The notes below the pieces were generated by a model. That model was not told the origin of the DNA, made no database searches, and saw only the letters and a list, made by a program, of their open reading frames with translations. Shown one piece after another: positions 50,788-63,836 of a DNA stretch of 64,000 bases. Numbering within the stretch: the stretch's first letter is position 1; each line of letters begins with the position of its first letter. The stretch is from assembly GCA_000004985.1 (NCBI GenBank), contig GG738912.1, one strand, 5' to 3'. This stretch comes from Naegleria gruberi. Taxonomy: Eukaryota. Both the position numbers and the translations under genes were made by a program.

Positions 50788-53700
50788 TTAGTGGTATTGA
50801 TCGAAAAATTTAAAAGTCAATTTGAGTTGTTTCAACAATTCAATTGTTGCACTCAATTCATCTCTGTAGGATGTGTTCAATAATAAGGAGGTGGTAGGAT
50901 CGTAATACTTCTTCAAATAGGATAATGTTGAAAAGTGAGTCAGTTGCAAGATGAGTGTTGTCATGACATCCTTGTGGAAACAAAATTGGACTAAAAGATG
51001 TGCCAAGTTAGAGTCTTTGTGAACATCATTTGGTAATTTCTTCTTAATACCAGACACATCAATAAACTTGTTAAATTCCTTAACGATGGCATCGCCTTGT
51101 GGGCTCAGTCCTTTCATAATTGTGACAGGAGATTCCTTGTATGGTTTGTTGGTAAGGAATGCCTTCTTTTCCAATCTATGGTCCAATAAGAGATTTTCAA
51201 TAGAGACACAGATACGTTCCATATATTCCTCGAATGGTCTCTCGTTGGTGCAATTGAATTTGAAATAAACTTCATCATTATTATCAGTGTAGGTTGTAAT
51301 AGCCGATTGTGAACGTTGTGAGGCCAAAGTAATGAGTTGTTTCACATTTTCTCTCAGGGATTGAACAACCTCGGTTGGAGTTTCAAATTGTTCATTAGCT
51401 TGATCGTTTCCATAATTTGTCACTGTGACAGAATTTGGTCTATCTTCATGTTTGAGTTCAATTGATTTCTTTGGGCTTTCGGTGTGGATAACTTCAATAG
51501 AGTTACTGGTATTATCATGGCTCGAATCCTCTATTGAAAGATTCAGAGTTGGGAAGGATGAATCACTGTGAGCTTCTGGGAACATTTCAATAATGGACTT
51601 TGGAGCTTCAGGTTTCTTTTTAGGTTTCTTCTTCTTGTCTGACTTTTTCTTTCTTTCAATTACTAAATCTCCAACTTCTTCAACAATTTGATCCTCAGAG
51701 TGCTTTTTCTTCTTTTTGGTAGAGCTGGATCTCTTCTTGTGTGATGGCTCTGCTAAGGTATCGTTTTGAGAATGTGATGAGACAGTATTGGAAGACAGTT
51801 CATCTTGATCAGTCAACACAACATCAGTAGAATCCTTTTCTTCCTCTGTGCCTATGTGAAGAGTGTTGGAAGCATCTTCAGAACTTTCCACAATAATTGA
51901 GGGTGTATTGTCTTGACTGAGTGATGCATCATCTGAAGGGGAAGAGGTGGAAGGAGAGCTGATCTTTGGCGAAGTTTCCACAACTGAAGTTTCTAAGACT
52001 GTTGGTGTAGGAGCTTCTACGACCTTTGGTGATTCTTCCACTATGCTTATTTGGCTTGATTTTCAGGATGTTTCTTCTTCAATTCTTCTTCCAATTTACG
52101 TTGTTGTTCCTCAATGATTGCATGTTCCTTTTTCTTTCTTTCCTCATCTTCTTTTCTTCTCTTTTCCTCTTCTGCCTTTTTTCTTTCTTCTTCGATACGT
52201 TTTTGTTCTTCCTCTCTTCTCTTCTTTTCATCATCTTCCTTCTTTCTCCTTTCTTCTTCTGCTTTCTTCTTCTTTGCTTCAAGCTCTTTTTGTTTTCTTT
52301 CCAGCTCGAGCGCCTTTTCCAGTTCAATCTTTCTCAATTCCTCTTCAATTTGATGGACACACTCATCATACCTTAACTTGGAATCCCCAATTAGGAGCTT
52401 TCCCTTTTCGTGCCAAAATATTTTGAGATCGGTAAGAGCTTTTTCCTGTCTTGCTGATTCCAGATGGTTAGTAAATTCTAATTGTAAATCTCTTTGTTGT
52501 CTGATTGTGGTTATGTACATGTCCAATTTTTTCATTTCAATTTGAGTGTCACCTTTAGTTCCTAAGCTTTCAACAACTTTTCTAGCTCTCTTTCTAAAAT
52601 CAATGACATCTTGATAAATACGATTGAGTTCTTGCTCGCTCTCCACTTTGGCACAGTTTCTCACAAACAAATCATTGGAAAATGAGCTGGTGGCATTAGA
52701 TATTGGCGATAATACCTTATCCTCCAGATATTTTAACTTTTCTTTCAACTCGGTCTTTGTACTTTGTTCGTTATCCATTTTGACAATGTGCGCCGATGCT
52801 TCCTCAATTAACTCGTTCAATTTAGTCGATTTTAAGTAATAATTCTCGGATTTTTGTTTAAGTTGCTTGATATTTTCAAGAGAAATGTCACTAAGGATAT
52901 GTCTAGTTTGAAGAACTCTGGTAAATTCATCCTCCAATCTATTTAAATCATCAGCCATAACGCAAGCGTTCGAATAGTATTCTTCAATTTCAATTTGCAG
53001 ATATTTAGAATCAAATTTCAAAAAATTAATTTTGAATATGATTTCATCTGATTTGTTAGGTATTTTGATGATTCCTGCTTTGATTTCATTAACAATATCT
53101 CTGATCAAATCGCCATCTTTTACATTCATGGAATTGATCAATTTTTCACCAAGGTTCAAAATATGCTCGCAAATGACGACTTCCCATTTACTTTCTGGAA
53201 TATAACCAATCAGAATTCTAAATTTGAGTGGCCCTTGACTGAAAAGTGTTGGTCGGTGAGCTATGGCATGATGTTGCAGCTTTACAATAAAATCCATAGG
53301 AATCAGCGAAGGATAACAAGGGAATGTATCAGTAATATATAAACTGGATGGTTTTTCTTCTGCTTGTGAAATATTTTCAAAAGGTTCCTCATACAATTCA
53401 AAATACTGTATCAATTGCTTGAAAATATCATTCTTTCCTGAAGATGAATATGTAATTGGTGAGATATTTTCTTTAAATTGATTAAAGAACCCAGAAAGTA
53501 CGGTAACATCAAAATTATAATTTGATGAAGATGCTGTAATACCTGGAATATTTGATAATCCAGAAACATAGGTAATATTTTCAATAAATAATTTGTAAGC
53601 ACCAATGTGTGATAATTGAGTTTTCACTTCACCTAACCCTCCTGTTTGTTGACTCAAAGTATCTTCCAGAAATACCATTTGTTCAAATTCCTCAAATACA

Positions 53701-54191
53701 TCCACTTGATAATAAACAGATCCCAATCCCAATGTCACACCACTAATAAGATCAATTTCAATTTCATCCTTTCCAATCTGTGTCAAATATTTAAAGAATG
53801 GTGAATAAGGATCAGCCAAATCGATACGTATCTCCCAAGAATCAGAGGCCTTTAACAATTTCAAGCTCTGTAAGGTCTTTTTATCCTTTGAAATAAGATC
53901 AGAATGATCAACTTCATGAAAATCATGATCATCATTAGATGTCCTTGTGAGAACTGGAATTTCCTTCTTTGTTTTGGTCTTATTCACAAAATTGTGATCA
54001 ATTCTCTTCTTTCCAATTCTAATATCAACATAAAACTCCAAACCAAATCCTCCAACAACATTGGTATTCTTCACTTTGATCGTATAGACACCTCTGTGAG
54101 TAGGCTTGAATGATACAATTTCTTCCTTTCCTTTTCCAAGAAAGCCTTTTTTACTTTTAATCATTACATGAACTGTATCAATCCATTCCAT
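50788..54191 (-). CDS. large hypothetical protein (about 1130 aa) with ER/K-rich single-alpha-helix segment; split by one frame break
   Basis: ORF 52047-54191 ends in EAKKKKAEEERRKKEDDEKKRREEEQKRIEEERKKAEEEKRRKEDEERKKKE…HPENQAK*. ORF 50788-52041 has no ATG (GTG only). Adding one A to the A4 run near 52055 reads …HPEKSSQISIVEESPKVVEAP… into the downstream acidic/S-rich region and C-terminal globular domain. Confidence 0.55.
52070..52330 (-). repeat. purine-rich (GAA/AAG/AGA) coding low-complexity tract; polypyrimidine on the + strand
   Basis: About 260 bp of E/K/R codons; spurious ORFs in all frames (52079-52327, 52114-52353, 52118-52426). Confidence 0.7.
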
Positions 54192-54775
54192 GATTGAATA
54201 ATTATAATTAATGTGTAATTACATATATATTACATACAATATGATGATTGATTGGGTAATTCAGAGTCGACCATAACAAATTCATCCTCTCCATCATCGT
54301 CATCATCAACGTGATCCTCATGATGATAGAACAACTTGTTAGCACTCGTATCCGATCGACTGCCTCCAACAATATTCTTCAATAGATTCATGATGATCCT
54401 TTTCCTCTTCAATTTATTCAATCAATATTCAACAACAGCAATATATTAACCGTTCAAATTTGAAACCCTGACCAAAGCAATAACAACAAGAATAATTATC
54501 TATTGTGGTGCTACTACTGCTGTAGAATGATCGGTGTTTTTTCTGTTGTGTGATTATTTGAAGTGTCGTTTGAAAAGTGATGGCGTGATAACCTCTTTGT
54601 TTTTTTAATTGGAAATGAACAAGAGTCCGAAAATTATTCACTCCGGACCTTAATATTTTATAAATTAATAATTATAATAACTATTGAAGCGTTAACAATT
54701 CTCAACTCTCCAGGTAATAATAGTGCCTATGGTAGGTAATAGTAGATTCGAATAGGTCTCAATCTAGAACATTAT

Positions 54776-55812
54776 TTAATGTTTGAGGAGTTGTTCAATT
54801 TGTTGTTGGAGGTTTTCTATGGAATCGTATTCTTGTTGAGCTTTCATAGAGGAATAGAGATGTGTGGAAAGTGTGGAGGTCACAATGAAAACGAAAAGGA
54901 AGAGCACAATATCTGAAATGAATCGATCTACACTCACCCAAATTCCTTTAACAAATAAGAACATATCCAAAGCTGATTCAGTATGCATGGAAAATATGGA
55001 TTTACCACTCAGTAATCCTGGTAAAATTATTGCCAATTCAAATGTAATTAATACTGAAACTGGTGTAAATTGACTAAAATAGCCCAACAAGGTATCCAAT
55101 CCTGCAGCTCCAAAATGCAATTTTTCATTATGATAGAAAGTAGAAATAGCACACATGAATGAAAGAATCAAGATGAAGAGAGGTCTTAATTTTTCGAAAA
55201 TACCTGGTTTGGCTTTTGCACTTGCTTCCTTATCCCAATTTGCAAGATTTGGTATTGCTGATGTTAGTGAATCATGTGTTGAAATACTTGGTTCTATAGT
55301 GATTGGTTGTTCGTATTCTCTGGTCTCCTTCTCAATTAATTTAGGATCATGTAGCTTGAAGAGTGGAGAGTAGGCTTCCTCTACTTTTTGATTAATTAAT
55401 AAGCTCAATGCTTCGATAGGTGAAGGATGTGAATGAGATGGTAATTCCGATGGTTGTGATACTAATGATGGATTTTCAACACTAACAGGTTGTTGTGTAG
55501 ATGTTCCTTCTTGTTGTTGTCCGATGAATCTTTTTCTTCCTTTGATTCCAAATTTTCCACTGCTGTAGAAGATGATGGTGTTGTAGTAGGAGCAGAATCA
55601 CCATACATAATCTTATTCATTCTCGATTCTCCTTGTCCTTTAATCTTCTCAAGTCTCCTCCTTCTCAAGATTTCTCTCTTTTCTTCATCCGTTAATTTTC
55701 TCTTTTGCATAACAGGTGGAGTTGATTGTTCGGCTCCTTCATTGTTAGAAGTTGGTGTTATTTCCTCTTGTGTTGTTGTTGTTGGGATTTGTTCGTTGTC
55801 TTGTTCAGTCAT
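54776..55812 (-). CDS. GET2/CAML-like tail-anchored-protein insertion receptor subunit (candidate), with one frame break
   Basis: N-terminal ORF has KRKLTDEEKREILRRRRLEKIKGQGESRMNKI, which resembles the Get3-binding basic motif of Get2/CAML. C-terminal ORF 54776-55408 (no ATG; TTG start) has three TM helices. The frames meet around 55460-55540. Confidence 0.5.
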
Positions 55813-55993
55813 TTTTTAATATTTGAATTATTTAAATATATTTAATTTATATTATAGTCTTCAATATAATTTAAATCCATAATTAAAAGATCTGCTTCAT
55901 GAAAATCCTTCTTTTAATTCCAAAATAATTTAATTCTTATTAAATTTTTAAATAATTAAATATTATATAATTTTACAATTTATTTACAAAAAT

Positions 55994-56593
55994 TTACATT
56001 TGTTCAAATGTTCTTTCAACTTGCTTGGTAGCATCCCTAATTTTAGAGTGTAAATCTTGTAATTGTTCCGCATTACATGAAATTGTTGCTTCTTGTCCAT
56101 CCTTACATTTAAATCGGAGTGTGTAAACAGGTTCATGTACTTGTTTCAATTCACTAGTTTTCAAAACATAGTCCAATCTCCAATCCAATTGAACAATTTC
56201 AGGGAAGGAAAATGTTTTTTGTTTTAAAACACATTCACGGATATCCTTCTTATAAGTTTCATATTCCTGAGAAAGATAATTCAATCGTTGACGATTCACA
56301 AAGTGATCTTCCAACAAGTGAGTAAGTTCAATAGCAGCCATATCATGTTTAGAAGCCTCCAATAAAAGATAAACAATTGCCGATTGTACAGCCTTTTGAT
56401 CAAATGTTGTTGGAACAAGAGGTGTCGTATTGTTGGAAATCATTTCTTGAATTTGTTCGGAAAGTGGCTTGGTTGATGTTTTCAAAATTGAGAGTATCGA
56501 TACATTGACTAATTGTTTAAATGTTTGTTCATCAAAATATTGGTCCTCGGAGAGTGCTGTGAGGATGTGTTTACATGAAGCGTTCAATTCCAT
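55994..56593 (-). CDS. COMM domain-containing protein (199 aa)
   Basis: The C-terminal IVQLDWRLDYVLKTSELKQVHEPVYTLRFKCKDGQEATISCNAEQLQDLHSKIRDA matches the COMM domain pattern (…L.DFDW…V.L.L…F….EL..L…). Confidence 0.6.
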   Translation of the reverse strand: MELNASCKHILTALSEDQYFDEQTFKQLVNVSILSILKTSTKPLSEQIQEMISNNTTPLVPTTFDQKAVQSAIVYLLLEASKHDMAAIELTHLLEDHFVNRQRLNYLSQEYETYKKDIRECVLKQKTFSFPEIVQLDWRLDYVLKTSELKQVHEPVYTLRFKCKDGQEATISCNAEQLQDLHSKIRDATKQVERTFEQM

Positions 56594-56729
56594 TTTTTTT
56601 AAAATTTAAAGATTTTTTAAGACATGAAAAATATTGGAAAAGGAGTACCTGGAATTACGGATCCAACTGGAAAAACAGTTAATAATTTAATATTTAGCTT
56701 GTACGAAGTCAAGAAAAATAAAAAACAAC

Positions 56730-56803
56730 TACCGACAATGGGGCTCGAACCCACGACCCCAGGATTAGAAGTCCTGTGCTCTATCCAACTGAGCTATGAC
56801 GGC
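56730..56803 (-). tRNA. tRNA-Arg (anticodon TCT)
   Basis: Reverse complement GCCGTCATAGCTCAGTTGGATAGAGCACAGGACTTCTAATCCTGGGGTCGTGGGTTCGAGCCCCATTGTCGGTA folds as a cloverleaf (loop CTTCTAA; one U·U and one G·U in the acceptor stem); a T-run follows downstream. Confidence 0.75.
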
Positions 56804-56954
56804 TTTACATTCACCAAAAATGCCGCCTTAAGTTATTATTCTTGAACAAGATTTCATTATTAAATTGATAAGGATTCTCTTGTTGAAATTGAGAAGAGAA
56901 CTGAAGTTAAGGTGGAATTGTTTAATTTTATGGAATTACCTTTGTACTATCTGT

Positions 56955-57929
56955 TCAATTTCTTATTGTCCACCAGGAATGTTCCAGCTTAATACCTGTT
57001 GAGGATGTAAACTTGTTTGTGAACTCGTCTGAAGGGTTCTCAATTGTTAAACTCTTCAACTTGTAAGAAGGTGAAATTTCATAGAAAATTCTTTGGTCCA
57101 ATCCAAACCATATAGTCAATTTTTCCGCACTATCTTTAATGCTTGACAAGACGTTTCTTACACTTATGTCATCCATGGAGTGTTGCCAATGGACAGACAT
57201 GGGGTGTATCAAACCTAATTCTTTCAATTTTGGAAGATGAAATTTCTCAATCTCATTAATATGATAAGAAACAATTTCCAGTTTTTCAAGATTTTCAAAT
57301 GGTGTGTGTAATATTTGGTTTACAATTTGGTTATTAATACTGTTATCTTCAATGTAGAGATATTTCAATTGTTTCATATTCAATATTTCATTATGATAAA
57401 AAAAGACCTTTAAACCTTCTAAATATGGCAATCTTTCACGTAGAATAATCCAGTCTGTTTCTTTAAATGAAACTTCTCTCAATACTAAATATTTCAAAGT
57501 AGAATTTTGTGGAATATTCTCAGGTATAAAATCCGATATTTTAAACTCTAAACGTTTCAATATTCTAGATTCGAATAACTCCACATACTGTTCTCCATTC
57601 AATTTACAATGAAAAAAGGAATAATTGGTAAATAATTTTAACACTTCTCCACAATTTTCCAATTCATTTCTATATTCTAAAGGTTCCTTCACTTGTTTCG
57701 TATAACAGTGCATCTTGTATTCAGCGGCCGATGAAAAATCCTCTCTTTTGCCAATTTCTACTTTTGGCCGAATCATTTCACAATGAAAACAACTTTCTTT
57801 GTCTGTGGAATTTTTCACCACATGTCGGAAAGTAGAACTGACAGCTGCAAATCGAATGACATTTCCATTTGATGGTGTGATGAAGGAATAAATAATGTGA
57901 ATGATTTCCTCTAGATCGAGTGGTTGCAT
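56955..57929 (-). CDS. F-box/LRR-like hypothetical protein (324 aa)
   Basis: N-terminal LDLEEIIHIIYSFITP plus leucine-rich repeats (LKYLVLREVSFKETDWIILRERLPYLEGLKVFF…). Confidence 0.45.
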   Translation of the reverse strand: MQPLDLEEIIHIIYSFITPSNGNVIRFAAVSSTFRHVVKNSTDKESCFHCEMIRPKVEIGKREDFSSAAEYKMHCYTKQVKEPLEYRNELENCGEVLKLFTNYSFFHCKLNGEQYVELFESRILKRLEFKISDFIPENIPQNSTLKYLVLREVSFKETDWIILRERLPYLEGLKVFFYHNEILNMKQLKYLYIEDNSINNQIVNQILHTPFENLEKLEIVSYHINEIEKFHLPKLKELGLIHPMSVHWQHSMDDISVRNVLSSIKDSAEKLTIWFGLDQRIFYEISPSYKLKSLTIENPSDEFTNKFTSSTGIKLEHSWWTIRN

Positions 57930-58426
57930 TTTTTTGTAAAGTTTTTAGATCAATTACATCACAAAAGAAGATTTGATGTATACTTCAATAATTTACAACA
58001 TGGTAGAGGTGGATTATTGTAAAAAGGAAACTCAACCTACAAGGATGCAACCAGTTATGTATTGTTAATGGAATGCAAATGTGATCATGACAAAGTTTGT
58101 AGGAGAACAAAGGAGCACTCTGGGGTAAAGAATTTCAATGAATTAAGCAATTACTATCCCTTTATATGCTTGGTTTTGAGATAATGGTGGGCTTAGAATT
58201 TAACGAAAATGTTGTTTGCCTTCTTGATGTGTTTTGAAGCTATGGGAGTCACTACAATTTCCTTTTTGCTTAAAATTTTTATCTCAAAACGCGGCAATCT
58301 CTATAATAAAGTCATTCCCCACATGGAATCGATTTTAAACACGAATAGCATGAGATATCTCCAGTTTTTATCTCATTTCAAAATATTGAACCTCAACCAA
58401 CATATTTAATCCAAAAAACAAGAAAA

Positions 58427-60461
58427 ATGAAAAAAACAGCTAAATCCACATCAGCCACAATGAAAGCAAACTCTAAGAAACCTCAGCAAGAAGTTGGAGG
58501 AGGTGTTGGTGAGAAGAAGAACGGTAGTGCTGTTACTAGTGATCAACCTCCCTTAATATCAAAACCATTGAATAACAATAATTGTTCATCATCATCGGCT
58601 GTGAAAGGTATTGTTGGTTCCTCTTCGGAGAATCTTTCAACATTGAAAGGGAAGGATTCTTCTCTGAGTAAGAATGGAACACCTTCTTCATCTCAAACAC
58701 AATTACATTCCTCGAAGATCATGTCATCATCAATTGAAGGAAAAGCAAATTCTGTGGAAGTACCAAAGGCAACAAATGGTGGTGTGAAGAGTAATACTGT
58801 AAAACAGAATCATGTACCTTCAAAGCAAATCTCTTCAGTATCAAATGGAGATAAAATCAAATCACCAAAGAACATTCCACTAAAAACGGACCCAGCATCA
58901 CAAAAGGATAAACTTACAAGATCAATAACTAAATCACCTGGAATTACAAATTCACAACCGAAGGAATCTAAGAGTTTAATAGTGAAACCAACCACTGTGA
59001 AGAGTTCGAAGAGTTCTCATGCTGCAGCTAGACCAACACTTCCAAAATTCACTTTCAAAGATATTCCCTCAGACGTCATTATCATCATTTTCGATTTTTA
59101 TGGGGGAATATTCAAGAACAAGCCGCTAGTTGGTGGAAAGGATGGTAAATTGGACTATTCAAAGTTTATTAAGAAATATTATGGAAGATTTTTGGATAAA
59201 ACTGTAAAATTCCAATACCGATTTATTGAAGGAGAGTTTGAAACAAATACTGACCCAAGAGAAATTGCAGAAATATTGAGGATTCCACTCCTAACTATGA
59301 ATAATCGAAGCATCAAACTGGAGGGAAATATTGCAAGTTATCTATTTAATTGTCCGCTTAAACTATCTGCAGAAATTTCAATGCAAAAGTTGACTAATTT
59401 TATTTCACAACTTGGTGAGGAATGTAAAAGAGTTAAAGTGTTGGATACTGTGAATTTGGAAACTGTTGTGAGTCAATTTGAACTTGCATTCAAATCATTC
59501 CCATTCTTGGAGGTTATCAGAGGAGGTAAAAATATGATTAAGGCAAAATACACTGATCATGCTGCAAGATTTCACTATTTTGAAGAAGAAATGATAAGAG
59601 CTCTCGAGCATGGAGGTTCAAATGTGAAAGAAATCATGTGGATAGGATCACCCCTTCCAAAATCTCTCCCATTCATTACTCCAAATCTGGAAATCCTTTC
59701 ACTAGGTAAGTTTTTCACACAATCTCAATGATCATACCAATTGAAAAAAAGAATGTCCTAACAGTATTCTCTCACTCTCTAACGCATTCTCAATGTGGCA
59801 AAAATTGAAAGAAATTTCCTTCACAAAACATGAGATTTATATAGATTACAATCCACCACCTCTTAACATTGGTGCTTACAATACATTGGTTACTCATTTG
59901 AACAGTATGGAAAATCTTGCAAAATTATCAATTCTATCGGAAGAGAGATTTCCAATGCAAAGTTTCAAATTGTTAGAGCACAAGCGTTCTATTACACATT
60001 TGAACTTTTCCTGTTTGGCAATTGATAATGAGACAGTTAAAACGATTGGAACTTTTTGTAATTTGAAGGAAATTAAGATTTACTCTGCTTACTTTCAGTC
60101 TAAATCTTTGGAAAGTTGGTTAGGATTGAAACAATTGGAATCCATCACTTTGGATAGTTGCTCAGAATTGACTGAATTGGCCATTGACTATCTCTCCCGA
60201 ATAACAACCCTCAAAAAGCTATGTTTCTGCAATAGAAACATCAAAGATAAGGGTGCCTTAAAATTAGTTTCCCTGAAGAAGTTAGAGTATCTCGATCTGA
60301 GTTACTCACTTATCACAAGCAGCGTCATTGAACCTATTTTCAAATCATGCAGAAAATTGAAAACTTTCATTGTCAGAGGATGTAAGAATATTCACACAGA
60401 AAATATGAAGGATAGCATCATTGTTGGAGGTTTTCAACAATCTGGAGAGGTCCACGGATGA
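58427..60461 (+). CDS. S/K-rich N-terminal region + leucine-rich-repeat (FBXL-type) protein; 2 exons (58427..59705, 59752..60461)
   Basis: Donor AGGTAAGT at 59706 and acceptor AAAAAAAG at 59751 give a 46-nt intron that joins ORF 58427-59731 and ORF 59793-60461 in frame (…NLEILSL-E-CPNSILSLSNAFSMWQKLKEISF…). The C-terminal part has LESITLDSCSELTELAIDYLSRITTLKKLCFCNRNIKDKGALKL LRRs. Confidence 0.6.
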
Positions 60462-61889
60462 ACAAGATCCGTAGCCAATATCTCAATAAGTTAATAATAT
60501 CGGGTACAGTTCAATAAATAAGGATATATTTTGTACTTTCTTTGGAATTGCATTGATCGATCTGAAACAGCAAGTATCATCACTGCATTCTCTCACCTTA
60601 ATACATGATCCTTAACAGTTATTAAACTCTTTCACTCTGCAAAATCACACAAATGATGTCCACTTTACATTTTCATCATGTAAATCATCATTGATTGTTG
60701 ATAGTGAATAGTGTAACCAAATAGCTTGCAATAATGTTATTAAAGAGAAGGTTTTTTCCAAGTTTGTTCTGACTCATTATCTATCAATACCAAAACAGCA
60801 GCCAAATTGCGTATTCTACATCCAAACAAACTCAAAAGATTGTCCAAACATTCTCTCTAACCACAACTGGAGTTTTTTGCATCCCTAACAACAACAATAT
60901 CTGCCATAATATATTGGCACTAACAGTTCAGTAAAGAGAACGCCACCACAACTCATACAAACTCTTGCTGCTTGAAATTGCAACCAACAACAATAGGTAT
61001 ATATTGCACTCACACAATATTCATACATATTCTTTATATTAGAGAAAAAGCACACAAAAGTATTAATCACTTGGTGGCGGTGTCAAAAGGTTTGTTTTTT
61101 TGAAATTTTGAAGTTTTTACTAATTGATAATGTGCTGCTCATTGGGATGATATTTGGTTTCATCACTAATTATCATCATTATTGTTTTACAATTATTGCT
61201 ATCGGGTAAAATCATTCGTAAATTTATGTTATCCATATTATGATGATATATTATTGGTGTTTTGATTTTACTTTGATGATGGAATATCCTTGAATATATA
61301 ATATTTAATATTATGTAATATTAATCATGATCAATACTATGAAATGTTCAATACTACTATTATGTACCATACCAAATGTATCTTCTCTGAATGATCATCA
61401 TACCATCAACAACTTTCATCAGCAATCATCAAATCATCAACACAAGAAGAACAAGATCATCATCTCTAATCTTCTTCTTATTGTTGTTATAGCATTATAC
61501 AACCGAGAGTAGAATTGGAATATCTCAACAGTAATCATTGTTGTCTATTGAAAAAACTTCACATCATCATTGTTAGAACTTCTTGTTAGGAATATAGATA
61601 ACAACGACCACCATCACCATCATTACTACAACAATTTGTTACTAGTATTGTGTCGACATTGTAATTATCTTACTCGAAATTTTCAAAGGCTTTGTTCATA
61701 GAGAACGAACAGAAATAATCAAAAAGTCTCTAGAGTGCTCGCTCGCTTCTCTGTAAATATTTACTTCACGAGCTCGAGAGTTGCTCTCATCATTCATAGC
61801 TATATTGTATTCGGTGTGGTGTGTTCTGTTTTGTGGTCTTGTTGCAAGAATAACAACAACAGCTGAGCGAAAAATCATCACACAAACAA

Positions 61890-63836
61890 ATGCCACAGCA
61901 CAACAAGGGAAATAATTCTTCTTCTTCGTCAAGTCAACAACATCATCAAGAACAACAACAGGAAAGTTCTTCCTCTTCCTCCACTATTGCTGCTGCTGGT
62001 AATAATAATAATAATACAACTACTACTACAACAACAACTACCTCTGAGACAAATAGTGGTTCCAATAATTCCGCTACTTCCAATTCGTCATCATCTGGTG
62101 TTGCCAATAATTCATCTCATCAAATAATAATAAGAATAACAAACAACAAGGAAATACAAATTCCAATAGTACAAATAATAATAATAATAATAATAGTAAT
62201 AATAATAACATGATGACAAATCAATCATCAACGCCTACCAATTCCTCCTCCTCCAACAATAACCAATCCTCTAATAATTCAAATGTACAATCCAACAATA
62301 ATCAACAACGTAACTCTCCACAAAATCAACGAACATCACAAGATCAAACAAATGGTATGGACCAACAATCAATGCATAATTTAATGTCTGGCCAAGTTGA
62401 TCCTAATAATATCAACGGCAATGTAATGTCAAGTTTAGATGCCAATTCGTTAAGTATGATATTAATGAACAATAATGGAGGAATACCAAACTTGAATGCC
62501 CACCAACTTGTTCAACTGTTTAATTCAGATCCAAGCATTTTGAATAATCCATTCGTTAGAAAGCTCCTTACAAATAATGGAAATATGAATGGTATTGCAG
62601 GAAACATGCCATCACAAGCAGGTATGATTGCTGGAAATAACGGTAATATGAATGGTATTGTAATGGGTAATGATCCAATGAATAATATGAATAATTTACA
62701 ACAAGGAAACAAGGAACACCTCGTGGTGCAGGCAACAATCCATCGGGAGGTTTTAATGTTCAACAACAACAACCTAATAATAATAATGTTGGAAATAATT
62801 CATCTCTAGGAGTTACTCAAGAAGATGGTCTTTCAGGAAATTTATCTAGGATGTTTAATGTGAATATGATGCAAAATGGTGTTCCACAAGGAAATAATCA
62901 TATCGTGATGAATCAGAATATAATGAATAGAAATGTAACACCTAATAATCCATTTTCACAACAGCCACTACAAATATCCAATGGTAGTGGTAATTGGAGT
63001 CAAGGTGAATTGGAATATCTTAAAATTGCTATTGCCAGACATCCAGATAATGTCGATTTGGTACGCCAATGTTTTCCTAAACGTTCTGCTCAAGATGTAC
63101 AGAATAGAATACAAATCATGATTAATGAAATGAAACAACAAGGAGTCATGCCAAATGGCAATAGAATAATAATAATGTTTCAACACCGACTGCTCCTAAC
63201 AATGTCAATAATAAGAGACCTAGTATTTCAATGCCATCACCTGGAAATGATCAAGCCAAGAGAGTGAAGACAGATTCACCTGTAAACAAGACATTTAATA
63301 GTACTGGAACACCATCATCCCCTTCAACCACTTTGGTGTCTAACTCCAATTCTACTAATAATAATAATAATACTGCTAATAATAATACAGCCATCAATAA
63401 GCAAAATATTGCACCATCTGCAGCTCAATCAGAACGATACATTCAAACACTTTTACAAAATAATAATTCACTCATATCAGAAATCAAAGGAAATATTGAT
63501 CAAAGGAAAATTACATCCAATGTAAATCTTATCAACAAATTTAGAGATAATATTATTCAAATTTTAACGTGTATGTCAATGATGGAAGGTATTATGAGTC
63601 AAATGCCTCCAATACCTGTAAAATTGAGCACTATTTGTGTACCTAAGGGTGTCACTAATAACACACCAACTAGTAGTAGTAATCAACCAAACAACCAACA
63701 ACCTCAACCTTCACAACAAAATATTGTCACAACTCCAAGCACGCCCCAAGATAATAATTCCACAACCACTTTCCAAAATATGTTAGGATCTTCCAATGGT
63801 GGAGGTTTTATGATGAACAATAAGAAAATGTTATAA
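61890..63836 (+). CDS. N/S/Q-rich SANT/Myb-like domain protein (about 650 aa), split by three single-base frame breaks
   Basis: Four consecutive ORFs in frames 0, 2, 1 and 0. Each junction (about 62130, about 62720, about 63170) is repaired by adding one base (for example AA to AAA at 62718). ORF 3 contains WSQGELEYLKIAIARHPDNVDLVRQCFPKRSAQDVQNRIQ (SANT-like). Confidence 0.55.

Noticed and set aside
50788-52041. An independent 417-aa gene, and likewise independent genes at 42249-42587 and 54776-55408
   Set aside because: None has an ATG at or near the ORF start (the track used GTG or TTG). Each reads on from the upstream ORF after a single-base correction, so each is treated as the C-terminal part of the upstream gene.
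52079-52426. Three overlapping ORFs in the purine-rich tract
   Set aside because: They are frame artefacts of GAA/AAG codon repeats that encode the ER/K helix of the 52047-54191 gene.
56624-56845. 73-aa ORF on the + strand
   Set aside because: It spans the minus-strand tRNA-Arg(TCT) gene and its flanks, and its translation is not protein-like.
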